Assembly (NCBI GenBank): GCA_963790805.1
Contig: CAWBPL010000002.1
Coordinates: 640,696-704,695 of the forward strand
Length of the DNA stretch: 64,000 nucleotides
Reading direction: 5' to 3'
DNA from: Candidatus Gottesmanbacteria bacterium
Lineage (GTDB): Bacteria > Patescibacteriota > Microgenomatia > UBA10105 > UBA927
In this document: positions 8,872 through 18,862 of the stretch, in pieces
Layout: each line of letters starts with the position of its first letter
Position numbering within the stretch: position 1 is the first letter of the stretch
Made by a program: the position numbers and the translations under genes
The notes under the pieces: generated by a model
What the model saw: the letters and a program-made list of their open reading frames with translations, nothing else
Database searches by the model: none
Told to the model about the DNA's origin: nothing

Positions 8872-9882
8872 TTACCAGTTTGTCGTGGGAACGAGTTTGA
8901 GAAGCGAAGACGTATTAGGATATGTATTTTTTACCCAGTTGATATATCGGTTAAGCCCCTCTGAAGCATTGACCATCGGATTGTAGGAGAGTATTTTTTT
9001 CGCTTTCTCGATATTGGCGGCATGGCGCTCAACGTCATTCGGTCTTGGCGGCATCATGACCGGTTTAAATGGAATATCTACTGTTGCGCAAATGATGCGG
9101 GCAAGGGTCGCGACCGGCATCTCTTTTCCATACGCGATGTTGATGGTATCTCCCAATAATGTATCGCACCCAGCTGCTTTAATTACGCCGTCAACGGTAT
9201 CCGTCACATATGTGAAGTCGCGCGTTTGATTGCCGTTGCCGAAGATAAGGGGTTGTTTGCGATTTAAAGCCCTGATGACAAAGCGGGGGATTACTTCGCC
9301 GTAGACGCCGTCGAAATGACTTCGCGGGCCGTATGTATTAAAAGGCCGGATAATAATGGTCGGCAATCCCTGTTTGTCATGAAAGTGTTTTGTGTAGAGT
9401 TCGCCGACGTATTTGCTTGCGCCGTATACTGTCGTCGGCACAATGGGGTGTGATTCGCTCATTTTGCCATCCTGCGCACTTCCATACACCTCGGATGATG
9501 AAATGTATATGAATCGTTTAACACCAGCTTTTTTTGCAGCAAGAAGCGCACCCAGCGTTCCCGTTGCGTTTACATCGTGGACATAGCGTTCATCGGAAAG
9601 CGACAGCCGGATGCAGGCAACGGCGAAATGAAAAACAACATCAATATTTTTCATTGATGCGCTGATTTTTTTCGCATCACGGATATCACCGCGAATGATA
9701 TGTTTGACGCCCATGGTTTTCAGTTCAGCCGTTGTTACGACGGAAGACGTGAAATTATCAAACACCGTTACAGAATTTTCTTTCGCGAGTGATTCAACAA
9801 AATGAGAGCCGATAAATCCGGCGCCTCCCGTTACGAAGATAGTTTTTCCTTTGAGCTGCATGGTTGTAGGTATTGTACTCAA
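8872..9882 (-). CDS. NAD-dependent nucleotide-sugar epimerase/dehydratase (extended SDR)
   Basis: Rossmann motif IFVTGGAGFIGSH and catalytic YGASK (YxxxK). Its 336 aa is typical for the UDP-hexose 4-epimerase / 4,6-dehydratase class. Confidence 0.8.
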   Translation of the reverse strand: MSTIPTTMQLKGKTIFVTGGAGFIGSHFVESLAKENSVTVFDNFTSSVVTTAELKTMGVKHIIRGDIRDAKKISASMKNIDVVFHFAVACIRLSLSDERYVHDVNATGTLGALLAAKKAGVKRFIYISSSEVYGSAQDGKMSESHPIVPTTVYGASKYVGELYTKHFHDKQGLPTIIIRPFNTYGPRSHFDGVYGEVIPRFVIRALNRKQPLIFGNGNQTRDFTYVTDTVDGVIKAAGCDTLLGDTINIAYGKEMPVATLARIICATVDIPFKPVMMPPRPNDVERHAANIEKAKKILSYNPMVNASEGLNRYINWVKNTYPNTSSLLKLVPTTNW

Positions 9883-9967
9883 ATTTATCTATAACTTCAA
9901 AACTTACCGTGATGAACAGATACGTATTGAGTTGCCGGGATAATTGTTTTCCTGTATAACTTGTTTT

Positions 9968-11242
9968 ATGAAGAATCGGGTAAAAACCGTTTTATTGCTA
10001 CTTGCGATTTTTATTCTCGGAATTATATTTCGACTCTGGATCGCTTCGTTGGCGCCGCAGCCGTTTATAAATGATCAAAAAGATTACGAATGGTTTGCGA
10101 CGAAGATTCTTCGGGATCCCCACATGCTTGCGTCACATACGTTTAGAACTTATCCGACGCCACTTTTAAACGCGATTATCTATCGTTTTGCCGGATTCGG
10201 AAATCATACGGCAATTTTTTTCGTTCAAGCCGTTCTGGATAGTTTTGTCTCTTTGATGATCTTTTACATTCTCCGACGCGGATTGAAATTTCGAAATATA
10301 GCGTGGTTAGGCGCTGTTTTGTATGCGGTCAATCCGTTTACCGCCGGATATGTCAATGTGGTATTGTCGGAGATTTTAAGTATCTGGACCGTTGCGGCAA
10401 CAGTATTAAGCGGAATTTTCTTTATTCGGCGTCCGACGATATTTCGCGGTGCATTGTTTGGTCTGATACTTGGTGTGGGGGCGGAAACGCGAAATGCAGC
10501 ATTTTTTTGGGCGATTATCCCGCTCGGATTATTGTTGTGGGTTGTACCGTTTCAAAAGGCAAAATGGGCGTTTGGTGCGGTCATGTTGGGTCTTGTTTTG
10601 GCCGTTCTGTATCCTCTTACGGCAAACTGGCGAGATTATAAAGTTATCAATATTTCTACTGTCGATGATTTTTACGCGAAAGAGCTTTTTAACGGTGCGA
10701 TTATTAAACGGTTGCCGCCGCTTGCGCCGCCATTGCCGCAGGCAACATACCAAATGTATGCTGAATATTATTCTGAATACTGGCCGGAGCGTCAGAATAG
10801 TGCGTACAGAAAAGCCATTGCTATAAAATATTATATGAAAGCATGGAATGTCATTGCCGGTGACCCGTTGAGTTATATAAAAACGTGCTTCGGCAAAATG
10901 TGGTATGTTTGGCAAAAAGAAGCCATTTATGTGTATGTAGAACCGGGGTATGAATCGCACAGGATCTATACGTATATGGCAAATCTTTTCGTGCTTGCTT
11001 TTGCACTTACCGGTTTATTGTTTTTTCCTGTTAGGAAAGGTCAAAAAGGCGTTATAGCCCGATGGGTGCGATGGACGATTATTGGAACGATCCTGTACGG
11101 CACGCTTGCGTTTAGCATAACGCATGCGGAATATCGATTAACGATCCCTTTCTATCCGCTGCTTTTTATAAGCGCGTCGGCTGGTTTTGGATGGGTAGCA
11201 CACCTTGTTCAAAAGATTTTTCGTAAGGAGTCATTACAATGA
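9968..11242 (+). CDS. GT-C glycosyltransferase, GT39/ArnT-like (family B-related)
   Basis: The track ORF starts at TTG 9944. ATG 9968 gives MKNRVKTVLLLL. It is multi-TM. The loop FRTYPTPLLNAIIYRFAGFGNH resembles the RTPVYP/RPPLYP loop of 20503, 27269 and 29519. Confidence 0.55.
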   Translation: MKNRVKTVLLLLAIFILGIIFRLWIASLAPQPFINDQKDYEWFATKILRDPHMLASHTFRTYPTPLLNAIIYRFAGFGNHTAIFFVQAVLDSFVSLMIFYILRRGLKFRNIAWLGAVLYAVNPFTAGYVNVVLSEILSIWTVAATVLSGIFFIRRPTIFRGALFGLILGVGAETRNAAFFWAIIPLGLLLWVVPFQKAKWAFGAVMLGLVLAVLYPLTANWRDYKVINISTVDDFYAKELFNGAIIKRLPPLAPPLPQATYQMYAEYYSEYWPERQNSAYRKAIAIKYYMKAWNVIAGDPLSYIKTCFGKMWYVWQKEAIYVYVEPGYESHRIYTYMANLFVLAFALTGLLFFPVRKGQKGVIARWVRWTIIGTILYGTLAFSITHAEYRLTIPFYPLLFISASAGFGWVAHLVQKIFRKESLQ

Positions 11243-12117
11243 GCAAACATCAAGGTTTTCGATGTTACTTGTGCGGAAGCGCCATGCGCTTTGGATTTTA
11301 CAAAAGAGGATATGAAATCTGGCATTGTGATGCGTGCGGGTTGGGAATGACAGATCTGCAACGGTCGTATCGGCCGTTTATAACCAATTTTTATAACAAG
11401 AGATACTTTACTGGGGGAGATGAGTGTGGAGCGTATGAAGACTACGAAAAAGATAAACCGTTAGAGGTACGGAATCTTTCTGCGATGCTTGATGCCTGCG
11501 GTGAACCAGTAAAAGGCGGTCGGCTTTTGGATGTCGGATGTGCGATGGGGTATTGTATTGCTGAAGCAATGGGTCGCGGCTGGGATTCATACGGAATTGA
11601 CGTATCTTCGTACGCAATTTCCCGCGCAGATGCCGCTATTAAACCGCGAATTCGTATAGCGACGATCGGGGAAATGAAGTTTCCTAAGGAGTATTTTGAT
11701 AGGATTACCATGTTAGACGTTCTTGAACACCTGAAAGATCCCCGTAGAGATTTGATGCGATTGCGGTCTTTTTTAACGGATACCGGAAGATTAGTCATAG
11801 CAACCGGAGACTCGTCAAGCGTATTTGCCCGACTTATGGGCAGCCACTGGATGTTTTATAATCCTCCGCAACATTTGTTTTTCTTTAACAGACCGACGCT
11901 CACAAGATTGCTTCAAGAATCAGGATATGAACCTATACGGTGGTTTAGTGTGGGCAAATGGTTAGGACTGGGATATATTTTGCATTTAGCGGTAACAACT
12001 GGCGATTTTCGGTGGATATCGTTTCTTGACAAAGCAATTAAAAAAACACGATTCAATAGGGTGCCTATCTATGTACCGGTTCTTGATAATATTGTAGTTG
12101 AAGCAAAAAAGAAATAA
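11239..12117 (+). CDS. SAM-dependent methyltransferase with N-terminal Zn-ribbon (paralog of 38940-39803)
   Basis: It has CYLCGS...CDACG (CxxC-x17-CxxC) and the SAM motif LLDVGCAMGY. The C-terminal FYNPPQHLFFF is shared with the paralog's FAHPEHVVLF. There is a 4-nt ATGA overlap with the upstream gene. Confidence 0.7.
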   Translation: MSKHQGFRCYLCGSAMRFGFYKRGYEIWHCDACGLGMTDLQRSYRPFITNFYNKRYFTGGDECGAYEDYEKDKPLEVRNLSAMLDACGEPVKGGRLLDVGCAMGYCIAEAMGRGWDSYGIDVSSYAISRADAAIKPRIRIATIGEMKFPKEYFDRITMLDVLEHLKDPRRDLMRLRSFLTDTGRLVIATGDSSSVFARLMGSHWMFYNPPQHLFFFNRPTLTRLLQESGYEPIRWFSVGKWLGLGYILHLAVTTGDFRWISFLDKAIKKTRFNRVPIYVPVLDNIVVEAKKK

Positions 12118-12132
12118 TCGAAGATTTTACGT

Positions 12133-14271
12133 ATGAAAACAACATTGCGTATATTGCCGGTATTGAGTTATATCGTTATCGTTGTCGGATTATTTTATGC
12201 TTTCTTCACGCCACCCGCGGGTCACATCCTCTTTGGAGATGATTATTTGCAACTCACATATTATCAACGTCTGTTTGTGCGTGAATCGTTGGCGCGCGGA
12301 CAATTACCTCTTTGGGACCCGTATTTGTATGGAGGGGCGCCGGCGCTGGAGCATCCGCAACTGACGTTTTGGTATCCCGTTAATATACTGTATCTTGTTT
12401 TTCCTCCCCAGACGGCATTTCCGGTACATCTGGCAATTCACCTTTGCGTTGCGATGATTGCCATGTACTGGCTTATGCGCCGGTGGGTTAGCCGGTTGCC
12501 TGCGTGGTTAAGCGGCATCGCCTACGGCATGTCGACTTTTTTCTGGTACAGAATTCCTGCGGGACATACAGAAGTCATTGCATCGGCAGCATGGGCACCG
12601 TTGGTGTTTGGACTTTTCTATCGGGTATTTGCAATAGGAAAGCGGCCGAAAGCGGCTGACGTGCGCCTCATCCTCTTTGCCGGTATGGCGTTTGCCCTGC
12701 AGCTTTTTTCGGGATATAAGACTATGGCAATATTTACCGCTGAAGCTGTTGCGATAGCCTGTGTAATCGTGTGTATACGTCTCCGAACGCTGCGACCCAT
12801 TGTTTATTCTGCTGTTGCGGGGCTCATAGGGTTATTACTCGATTCAGTTGAATTGTTGGGAAATCAGCAGTATGTGCATTTGAGTCTTTTTAGCATGAAT
12901 TTGCCATACGCATGGGCCACCGTAGGTACTCCGACAATTAATCATCTACTGGAATTTGTAGACCCGGTAAGTTATTTGTTACGAAACCCCAATGACCTCT
13001 ATCTTATTCACGAACGGGCGGCATATGTCGGCAGCATCTCATTAATTCTCGCGCTTGGCGCCATCATATACGGCTTTTGGCGCCGTAAATTAAAAAATCC
13101 TGAGTATTTGATTTTCACGGTGCTTTGCATCTTGGGCATATGGGTGGGATTTGCCAATCAAATGCCCGTTGATATTTTTGCGTTTTTCAAAAATCACCTG
13201 CCGTGGTATCAGGGTGTGCGGATTCCGACACGACATTTTTTTTGGTTTATTCTTGGGACAGCAGCGCTTGCGGGGTTGGGGGCACAGGTATTGTCCAAAA
13301 AGGTTATTCAGATAATTTTAATTGCCGTACTTCTTTGGCAACTGGTTCCTTTGGCACACTCACAATTTTATCTCACCAATGCACCCGGTACTTCCGATGA
13401 TCAGGAATTGATTTCGTATTTACAACAGAATAGCGGACTTACCAGATTTGTAGGAGTTAATTACGATTTTTCAATTCTTAGAAATGTGCTTCCTCTGAAT
13501 GCACCGAATCAATATCATTTGTATTCGTTATTCGGATATAATTCGCCGCCACTTCGCAACTATATCGAATATGTTCTTGCGGTAAATGGCCTACCGCAGT
13601 CAACAGCATATCAGTATGTTGACTCAACGCCGGTTTATCAGAATTTCAGTTCACGGTATACGGATGCTCTTAATGTCAAATATATTTTAGAAACTATCGC
13701 GACTGATTCGTTAGCCGGTGACATAAGCGGAAAATTCATAATGGTAAAACAGAGTCCGAATGACGGATGGAGACTGTATGAAAACCGTGACGTGATGCCG
13801 CGTTTTTACATGGTTGCGCAGGCCCAAATACTGCCGGATCTGGATGCTGTTTACACGGCAATCAGTAAAGAAACAACAGATCCCCGAACAACAGTTTTGT
13901 TTGCTCAAAACGACATTCATACACCTCTCATAAGCGGTACGTGTCAACAAGGGGATTTGAAAAGCGTTGATGTCTTAGAATATTCTGATACGACGATTCG
14001 CTTGCGGACAAATAATCCTTGTGCAGCGTATTTGATGAGCTCGGAAGTGTATTATCCCGGATGGACTGCGAGTATTGACGGAATATCGACACCGGTTCAA
14101 GAGGGGAACCTCGCATTTCGTGCCGTCTTTGTACCGGCCGGCGAACATACGATTATATTTCACTATGTGCCTAAAATTATCTACGTAGGAATGTTTGTAA
14201 CTTTATTGACGGGACTTGTTTGCGGGGTATGTTTGTGGAAAAGCTATAGAATTTCCGATAAACGATCGTAA
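12133..14271 (+). CDS. YfhO-family GT-C membrane glycosyltransferase
   Basis: 712 aa with many TM segments. The C-terminal extracytoplasmic domain has the YfhO-typical YYPGWTASIDG...FRAVFVPAGEHTIIFHY and a final TM helix. Confidence 0.7.
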   Translation: MKTTLRILPVLSYIVIVVGLFYAFFTPPAGHILFGDDYLQLTYYQRLFVRESLARGQLPLWDPYLYGGAPALEHPQLTFWYPVNILYLVFPPQTAFPVHLAIHLCVAMIAMYWLMRRWVSRLPAWLSGIAYGMSTFFWYRIPAGHTEVIASAAWAPLVFGLFYRVFAIGKRPKAADVRLILFAGMAFALQLFSGYKTMAIFTAEAVAIACVIVCIRLRTLRPIVYSAVAGLIGLLLDSVELLGNQQYVHLSLFSMNLPYAWATVGTPTINHLLEFVDPVSYLLRNPNDLYLIHERAAYVGSISLILALGAIIYGFWRRKLKNPEYLIFTVLCILGIWVGFANQMPVDIFAFFKNHLPWYQGVRIPTRHFFWFILGTAALAGLGAQVLSKKVIQIILIAVLLWQLVPLAHSQFYLTNAPGTSDDQELISYLQQNSGLTRFVGVNYDFSILRNVLPLNAPNQYHLYSLFGYNSPPLRNYIEYVLAVNGLPQSTAYQYVDSTPVYQNFSSRYTDALNVKYILETIATDSLAGDISGKFIMVKQSPNDGWRLYENRDVMPRFYMVAQAQILPDLDAVYTAISKETTDPRTTVLFAQNDIHTPLISGTCQQGDLKSVDVLEYSDTTIRLRTNNPCAAYLMSSEVYYPGWTASIDGISTPVQEGNLAFRAVFVPAGEHTIIFHYVPKIIYVGMFVTLLTGLVCGVCLWKSYRISDKRS

Positions 14272-14276
14272 TAATT

Positions 14277-15284
14277 TTATACGCGTACCGGTTTTCCGCC
14301 CATCCGAAGCGATTTTGTGGCACACGCGAGACACGTTACGACGCTTAGGCCCATGGACCCATCGCTGATCGGCGACGTATTGGTTCGTACGGCTTTCACA
14401 AATTCTTTCGCCACCCCGAAAAGGCCTTCCTCGATATCAATGTGGGGGACGATTGCAGAGCCGCTTCTATAGCCGATGCGCAATTGGTACGATTGTTTTG
14501 GGTCTTTGATGAATGAGATGCCCTTGTCGTAAATTTTCAATTTTTCCGACGGCTCTATGTCATCGAATGTCAGCATTTTTTTCGTTCCCACAAAAATCAT
14601 GCGGCGTATTTTGATAGGGGAGAGCCAGCTGACATGACAGTGGATAAAAAGATTATTATCATAGCGGGCGCCGATGTGTGCGACCGTTTCCTGTTTCAGT
14701 TGCTTTTGGGTAATACCTGTCGCGGAGATGGTTTTCGGATTTTTGCCGAAGAGATAATTCATAATGGCAAAATCGTGAGTCGCGAGATCATAAATGACGT
14801 TTGCGTCTTTTTGAAGGATACCCAGATTGGTTCGTACGCTGTCGACGTAAAAAATATCGCCCAGCGTTCCTTGGTGAATGATGGATTTCAACTTTTGTAA
14901 TGCCGGTGTGTACACGAACGTATGATCGACCATGAGAATTTTTTTCTTCCGTTTGGCAAGTTTGACTAATTCTTTGGCTTCTTTGACCGTTTGGGTCATC
15001 GGCTTTTCGACCAACACGTGTTTGCCGGCCCGAAGGGCAACACTGGCGAGCTTGAAGTGGAGTGAGGTTGGCGTCGCAATGACAATCGCGTCAACTGATT
15101 CATCATTTAATACATCGTGATAACTTTTTGTGGTTTTGATAGCTGGGTATATATGAGCGACACTTGCAAGTACCGCTGGATTTACATCGCAGATCCAAAC
15201 AAGAGAAGCGTCTTTCACGCGGGAAAAATTACGGACAATGTTCGGGCCCCAGTATCCAAATCCAATAAAACCGATGCGGATCAT
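14277..15284 (-). CDS. Gfo/Idh/MocA-family NAD(P)-dependent sugar oxidoreductase
   Basis: The N-terminal IRIGFIGFGYWGPNIVRNF Rossmann motif and the EKPM motif are present. Its 335 aa is similar in size to nucleotide-sugar 3-dehydrogenases. Confidence 0.75.
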   Translation of the reverse strand: MIRIGFIGFGYWGPNIVRNFSRVKDASLVWICDVNPAVLASVAHIYPAIKTTKSYHDVLNDESVDAIVIATPTSLHFKLASVALRAGKHVLVEKPMTQTVKEAKELVKLAKRKKKILMVDHTFVYTPALQKLKSIIHQGTLGDIFYVDSVRTNLGILQKDANVIYDLATHDFAIMNYLFGKNPKTISATGITQKQLKQETVAHIGARYDNNLFIHCHVSWLSPIKIRRMIFVGTKKMLTFDDIEPSEKLKIYDKGISFIKDPKQSYQLRIGYRSGSAIVPHIDIEEGLFGVAKEFVKAVRTNTSPISDGSMGLSVVTCLACATKSLRMGGKPVRV

Positions 15285-15351
15285 AGCGATAAATAGGGCA
15301 GAAGATCTTTTTTAGATGCACCGCTCACATTACACAATGTATGGACAAAAT

Positions 15352-16053
15352 TCAAGTAATGGTGATGTCCTTCTTGTTGAACTCACGGATCATGTCGATA
15401 ATGGTAGGGTAAATGGTCTTAAAAAATTTTCCGCCGGTTGCGCCTTTTGCATGTCGATATTTGTGTGCGATTGCTACTTCAGCAATGTGAAAGCCCTTAC
15501 GTTTTGTTTTAATCGCGAGCTCCGCATCAACGAAAGCGGTATTCGATTGCAGGAAAATACTTTTAATAAGCGATCGTTTCATGAGCCGAATGGTGTTGAC
15601 ATCATGGAGTTTCAGCGAAAAAAATACATTCAAAAGTCCATTGTAAATTTTTGACTGCAGGAGTCTGAGAGTCGGATCGTGACGGTTATTCCGCCAGCCC
15701 AAAATCATATCCGCATGCGCGGCGGCGGGGAGAAGTTTTAAGAGTTCCGTTGCTTCAAATTGATCGTCTCCGGGAAACGAAAAAAGCCAGTCGTATTTTC
15801 CCGACGTATACAATTCTTTAATTGTTTTGCCATACCCTTCGTTTTGTTTATGGGTAATAATCCGAAGAGGAGGAAATCTTTTTCGTAAATTTTTTAGGAT
15901 CACTCCGGTGTTATCGATGCTGGCATCATTTACAACAAGTATCTCCAGTTTGCTGGCAACCTTCCTGCCAACTGCGTATGCATGAGTGACAACAAATTCT
16001 ATAGTGTTTTCGACGTTATAGGCGGGGATAAGAATGGAAAGAGTTGGCTTCAT
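15352..16053 (-). CDS. GT2 family glycosyltransferase
   Basis: LSILIPAYNVENTIE, VVNDASIDNT and FPGDDQF follow the GT-A DxD pattern. Confidence 0.75.
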   Translation of the reverse strand: MKPTLSILIPAYNVENTIEFVVTHAYAVGRKVASKLEILVVNDASIDNTGVILKNLRKRFPPLRIITHKQNEGYGKTIKELYTSGKYDWLFSFPGDDQFEATELLKLLPAAAHADMILGWRNNRHDPTLRLLQSKIYNGLLNVFFSLKLHDVNTIRLMKRSLIKSIFLQSNTAFVDAELAIKTKRKGFHIAEVAIAHKYRHAKGATGGKFFKTIYPTIIDMIREFNKKDITIT

Positions 16054-16065
16054 GGGGTTTGGCTT

Positions 16066-16125
16066 ATTATACGGGTTACCAATGGTTTTTCAATAGCATG
16101 ACTTTTTGATCCGACAGGGTATAAT
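16066..16125. promoter_or_regulatory. Divergent promoter pair with two consensus TATAAT boxes and very short leaders
   Basis: On the plus strand, TATAAT at 16120-16125 lies 8 nt before ATG 16134. On the minus strand, TATAAT (plus-strand attata, 16066-16071) lies 12 nt before the ATG at 16053. It is preceded by TTGAAA with a 16-nt spacer. Confidence 0.45.
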
Positions 16126-16133
16126 AGGTCGAC

Positions 16134-17027
16134 ATGAGACACATCTTGGTAACAGGGGGCAGCGGATTTATCGGACACAATATCGCCGAATCATTGAGTG
16201 GCGAATTTTCTCTTCTGGTTCCTACTCACAAAGAACTTGATTTGGTCGATAGTCAACTTCTTGGCAGATACATGAAAGTTCACAACATCGATACAATTAT
16301 TCATGCTGCAACAGGCGACCGGTTCGGCGGTTTCGGTGACAGTATCAGGATGTTTGCATCTATTCTTGAACAGGGAAAAGCCGTAAAGCAGATTATCCAT
16401 TTCGGATCCGGCGCGGAATACGATAAACGCAGAAATCTTATCCGCGTAAAAGAAACGGAATTTGGCGAACATTTACCGGTGGATGAATACGGATTGGCAA
16501 AATATTTTATGAGTTTGCTTGCGAAGTCCCGTGCGAACATTGTGACGCTTCGGCTGTTTGGAGTTTACGGACCTCATGAGGATTATCGCAGCAAATTTAT
16601 ATCCAATACAATTGCGAAAGAGCTTTTTGGGCTACCTATCGTTATTAAACAGAATGTCGTTTTTGATTATCTGTATATTGATGATTTAACCAAGATTCTT
16701 ACATTTATTCTGAAACGTCCGATGCGGCACGCGGTCTATAACGTAACGCCGGATGAATCGATATCATTGTCCCAAATCGCCGGGATCATTAAGAAAATTT
16801 CAGGTAACAAAACGCCATTCACTATTCTTAATTCTGGTTATAATTTTCAATATACCGGCGATAATCTGCGGTTGCGAAAAGAAATTCCCACATTCAAGTT
16901 CCATACCTATGAGGAGGGAATAGAGAAGTTATATGCCTATTATAAATCCCATAAAAAAGAACTCAGTAAAACAGTATTAAAAATGGATGATTTTTTGGCG
17001 CGTTCTCTGACACGGAAGAACACATGA
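16134..17027 (+). CDS. NAD-dependent nucleotide-sugar epimerase/reductase (SDR)
   Basis: ILVTGGSGFIGHN and YGLAK (YxxxK). 297 aa. Confidence 0.7.
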   Translation: MRHILVTGGSGFIGHNIAESLSGEFSLLVPTHKELDLVDSQLLGRYMKVHNIDTIIHAATGDRFGGFGDSIRMFASILEQGKAVKQIIHFGSGAEYDKRRNLIRVKETEFGEHLPVDEYGLAKYFMSLLAKSRANIVTLRLFGVYGPHEDYRSKFISNTIAKELFGLPIVIKQNVVFDYLYIDDLTKILTFILKRPMRHAVYNVTPDESISLSQIAGIIKKISGNKTPFTILNSGYNFQYTGDNLRLRKEIPTFKFHTYEEGIEKLYAYYKSHKKELSKTVLKMDDFLARSLTRKNT

Positions 17028-17089
17028 TTATAGATATTCCTTGATGATTGTTTTACAATGGAGGCCGAAAAACCGTACCACACAAAATT

Positions 17090-18037
17090 ATGACTCGAAA
17101 AAAACTTATTACCATCGGCATTCCCTGTTTCAATGAAGAGCTTAATGTCATACCCGCATATGAAGCGCTTTTAGACGTTACCAAAAACCTCAAACGGTAT
17201 AATTTTGAATTTATCTTTGTCGATAACGGGAGCGAAGATGGGACCAGAGGCATGATAAAACATGCCGTTGCACGGGACCATCGTGTCCGCGGAATATTTT
17301 TATCACGCAATTTTGGTCCAGAATCATCCTCTCAGGCGGCTTTGGATTTTGCAAAAGGAGACGCATTTATTTTTTACGAGTGCGACATGCAGGACCCCGT
17401 CAACGTGATTCCCAAATTTATCAAAAAATGGGAAGAGGGGTATGACGTTGTTGTCGGAATCCGCACGAAGATTGATGATAATTTCCTTATGACGATTCTC
17501 CGAAAAACGTTTTACCGCATATTCAAATCCGTCTCGAACATTGATGTACCAGTTGATGCAGGGAGTTTCGGGTTATTGAGTAAGCGGGTTATTTCCGCTA
17601 TCCGTGCTCTTCCGGAGCGGTACCGGTTTCATCGGGGTCTTCGTGCATGGGTAGGGTTTAAGCGTGCGTTTATTACGTATGAACGCAGACGTCGCATGCG
17701 GGGACGCAGTTCCTATAATTTGCTGGAATATTTTCACCATGCGGAACGGAGTTTTTTCGGATTTTCATACGTACCGCTTGATATGATCGTGTATCTCGGA
17801 ATTGTTGCAGTGGTTGTGTCATTTTTATTCTTTTTTCTGTACCTTCTTTACTACATATTTTATGATCATTCCCACAGCGCGAACCTCCCGATTATCATTA
17901 TCGGTATAGTTCTTTTATTTAGCGGCGTACAGTTGTTGGCGTTGAGTTTTGTCGGTAAATACGTGCAGGTTATCGTTGAAGAAACAAAAGGACGACCCAT
18001 GTATCTTGTTGAGGAGACTGTCTCACGGGGAGGGTAA
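17090..18037 (+). CDS. GT2 glycosyltransferase with C-terminal TM helices (GtrB/ArnC/DPM1-like polyprenyl-phosphate glycosyltransferase)
   Basis: ITIGIPCFNEELNV, FVDNGSEDGT and ECDMQD are present. Two C-terminal TM helices (IVYLGIVAVVVSFLFFFLYLL and IIIIGIVLLFSGVQLLAL) are typical of the lipid-carrier-charging GT2 subgroup. The track ORF starts at 17048, and ATG 17090 is preferred. Confidence 0.75.
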   Translation: MTRKKLITIGIPCFNEELNVIPAYEALLDVTKNLKRYNFEFIFVDNGSEDGTRGMIKHAVARDHRVRGIFLSRNFGPESSSQAALDFAKGDAFIFYECDMQDPVNVIPKFIKKWEEGYDVVVGIRTKIDDNFLMTILRKTFYRIFKSVSNIDVPVDAGSFGLLSKRVISAIRALPERYRFHRGLRAWVGFKRAFITYERRRRMRGRSSYNLLEYFHHAERSFFGFSYVPLDMIVYLGIVAVVVSFLFFFLYLLYYIFYDHSHSANLPIIIIGIVLLFSGVQLLALSFVGKYVQVIVEETKGRPMYLVEETVSRGG

Positions 18038-18087
18038 TGATTCGAAGACCTCTACAATCGTGATGAGACATTTGGTAGAATTACCCT

Positions 18088-18783
18088 ATGCATTTTGAAG
18101 ACCCAAACGGACTTGCCACACTTGAGAGTATGAGTCAGGCTGTCTGGTATAACCGGTGGACATTTAAAAATTTTTCCCAATTTGTTACCGGTGACATCTT
18201 TGAGGTCGGTTGCGGGATAGGGAATTTTACGTCCATACTTACCGAGTATGGGCGAGTGTGGGCATGCGACATTAAACCATCGTATGTAAAACGGACGAAA
18301 CAACGAGTGGAAAAAAGGGGGGTAATTGGATTGGGGAATATAGAAACGGGCAAACTGTTCTTCGGATCAAAACAATTTAATACGATTGTATGCCTCAATG
18401 TTCTCGAACATATCCGAGATGATCAAGTTGCCATAAAACACATGTATCAACTTCTCAAGCCCGGAGGACATTTGATTGTTCTTGTACCGATTTATTCATA
18501 TCTTTACGGCAGCGTCGATATGGCAATAGGACATTTCCGCCGATACGTTCCATCAGATCTTATGCAAGTCGTTCAAAAAGCCGGATTTCACATCGTGCAC
18601 AAACGAATATTGAATTTTATTGGGGCATTTGCCTGGTTTGTTACGGGAAGTATTTTAAAGCGAAAAACGCTTTCGCGGAAGCAGCTTGCACTTTTTGACC
18701 GGTTTGCGCCGTTTATTTTGCCGCTCGAAGATATTGTCAGGCCACCCATAGGCACCTCTATTCTTCTTATCTTGCAAAAATGA
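18088..18783 (+). CDS. Class I SAM-dependent methyltransferase
   Basis: IFEVGCGIGNFT (motif I), CLNVLEHIRDD and LKPGGHLIVLVP. Confidence 0.75.
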   Translation: MHFEDPNGLATLESMSQAVWYNRWTFKNFSQFVTGDIFEVGCGIGNFTSILTEYGRVWACDIKPSYVKRTKQRVEKRGVIGLGNIETGKLFFGSKQFNTIVCLNVLEHIRDDQVAIKHMYQLLKPGGHLIVLVPIYSYLYGSVDMAIGHFRRYVPSDLMQVVQKAGFHIVHKRILNFIGAFAWFVTGSILKRKTLSRKQLALFDRFAPFILPLEDIVRPPIGTSILLILQK

Positions 18784-18862
18784 GGAGGGTATATTTATCG
18801 AGAAATATTTTTGTTACACTAGAAAATTAGTTGAATAGAATATCGACTAAGGAGTGTACTGC

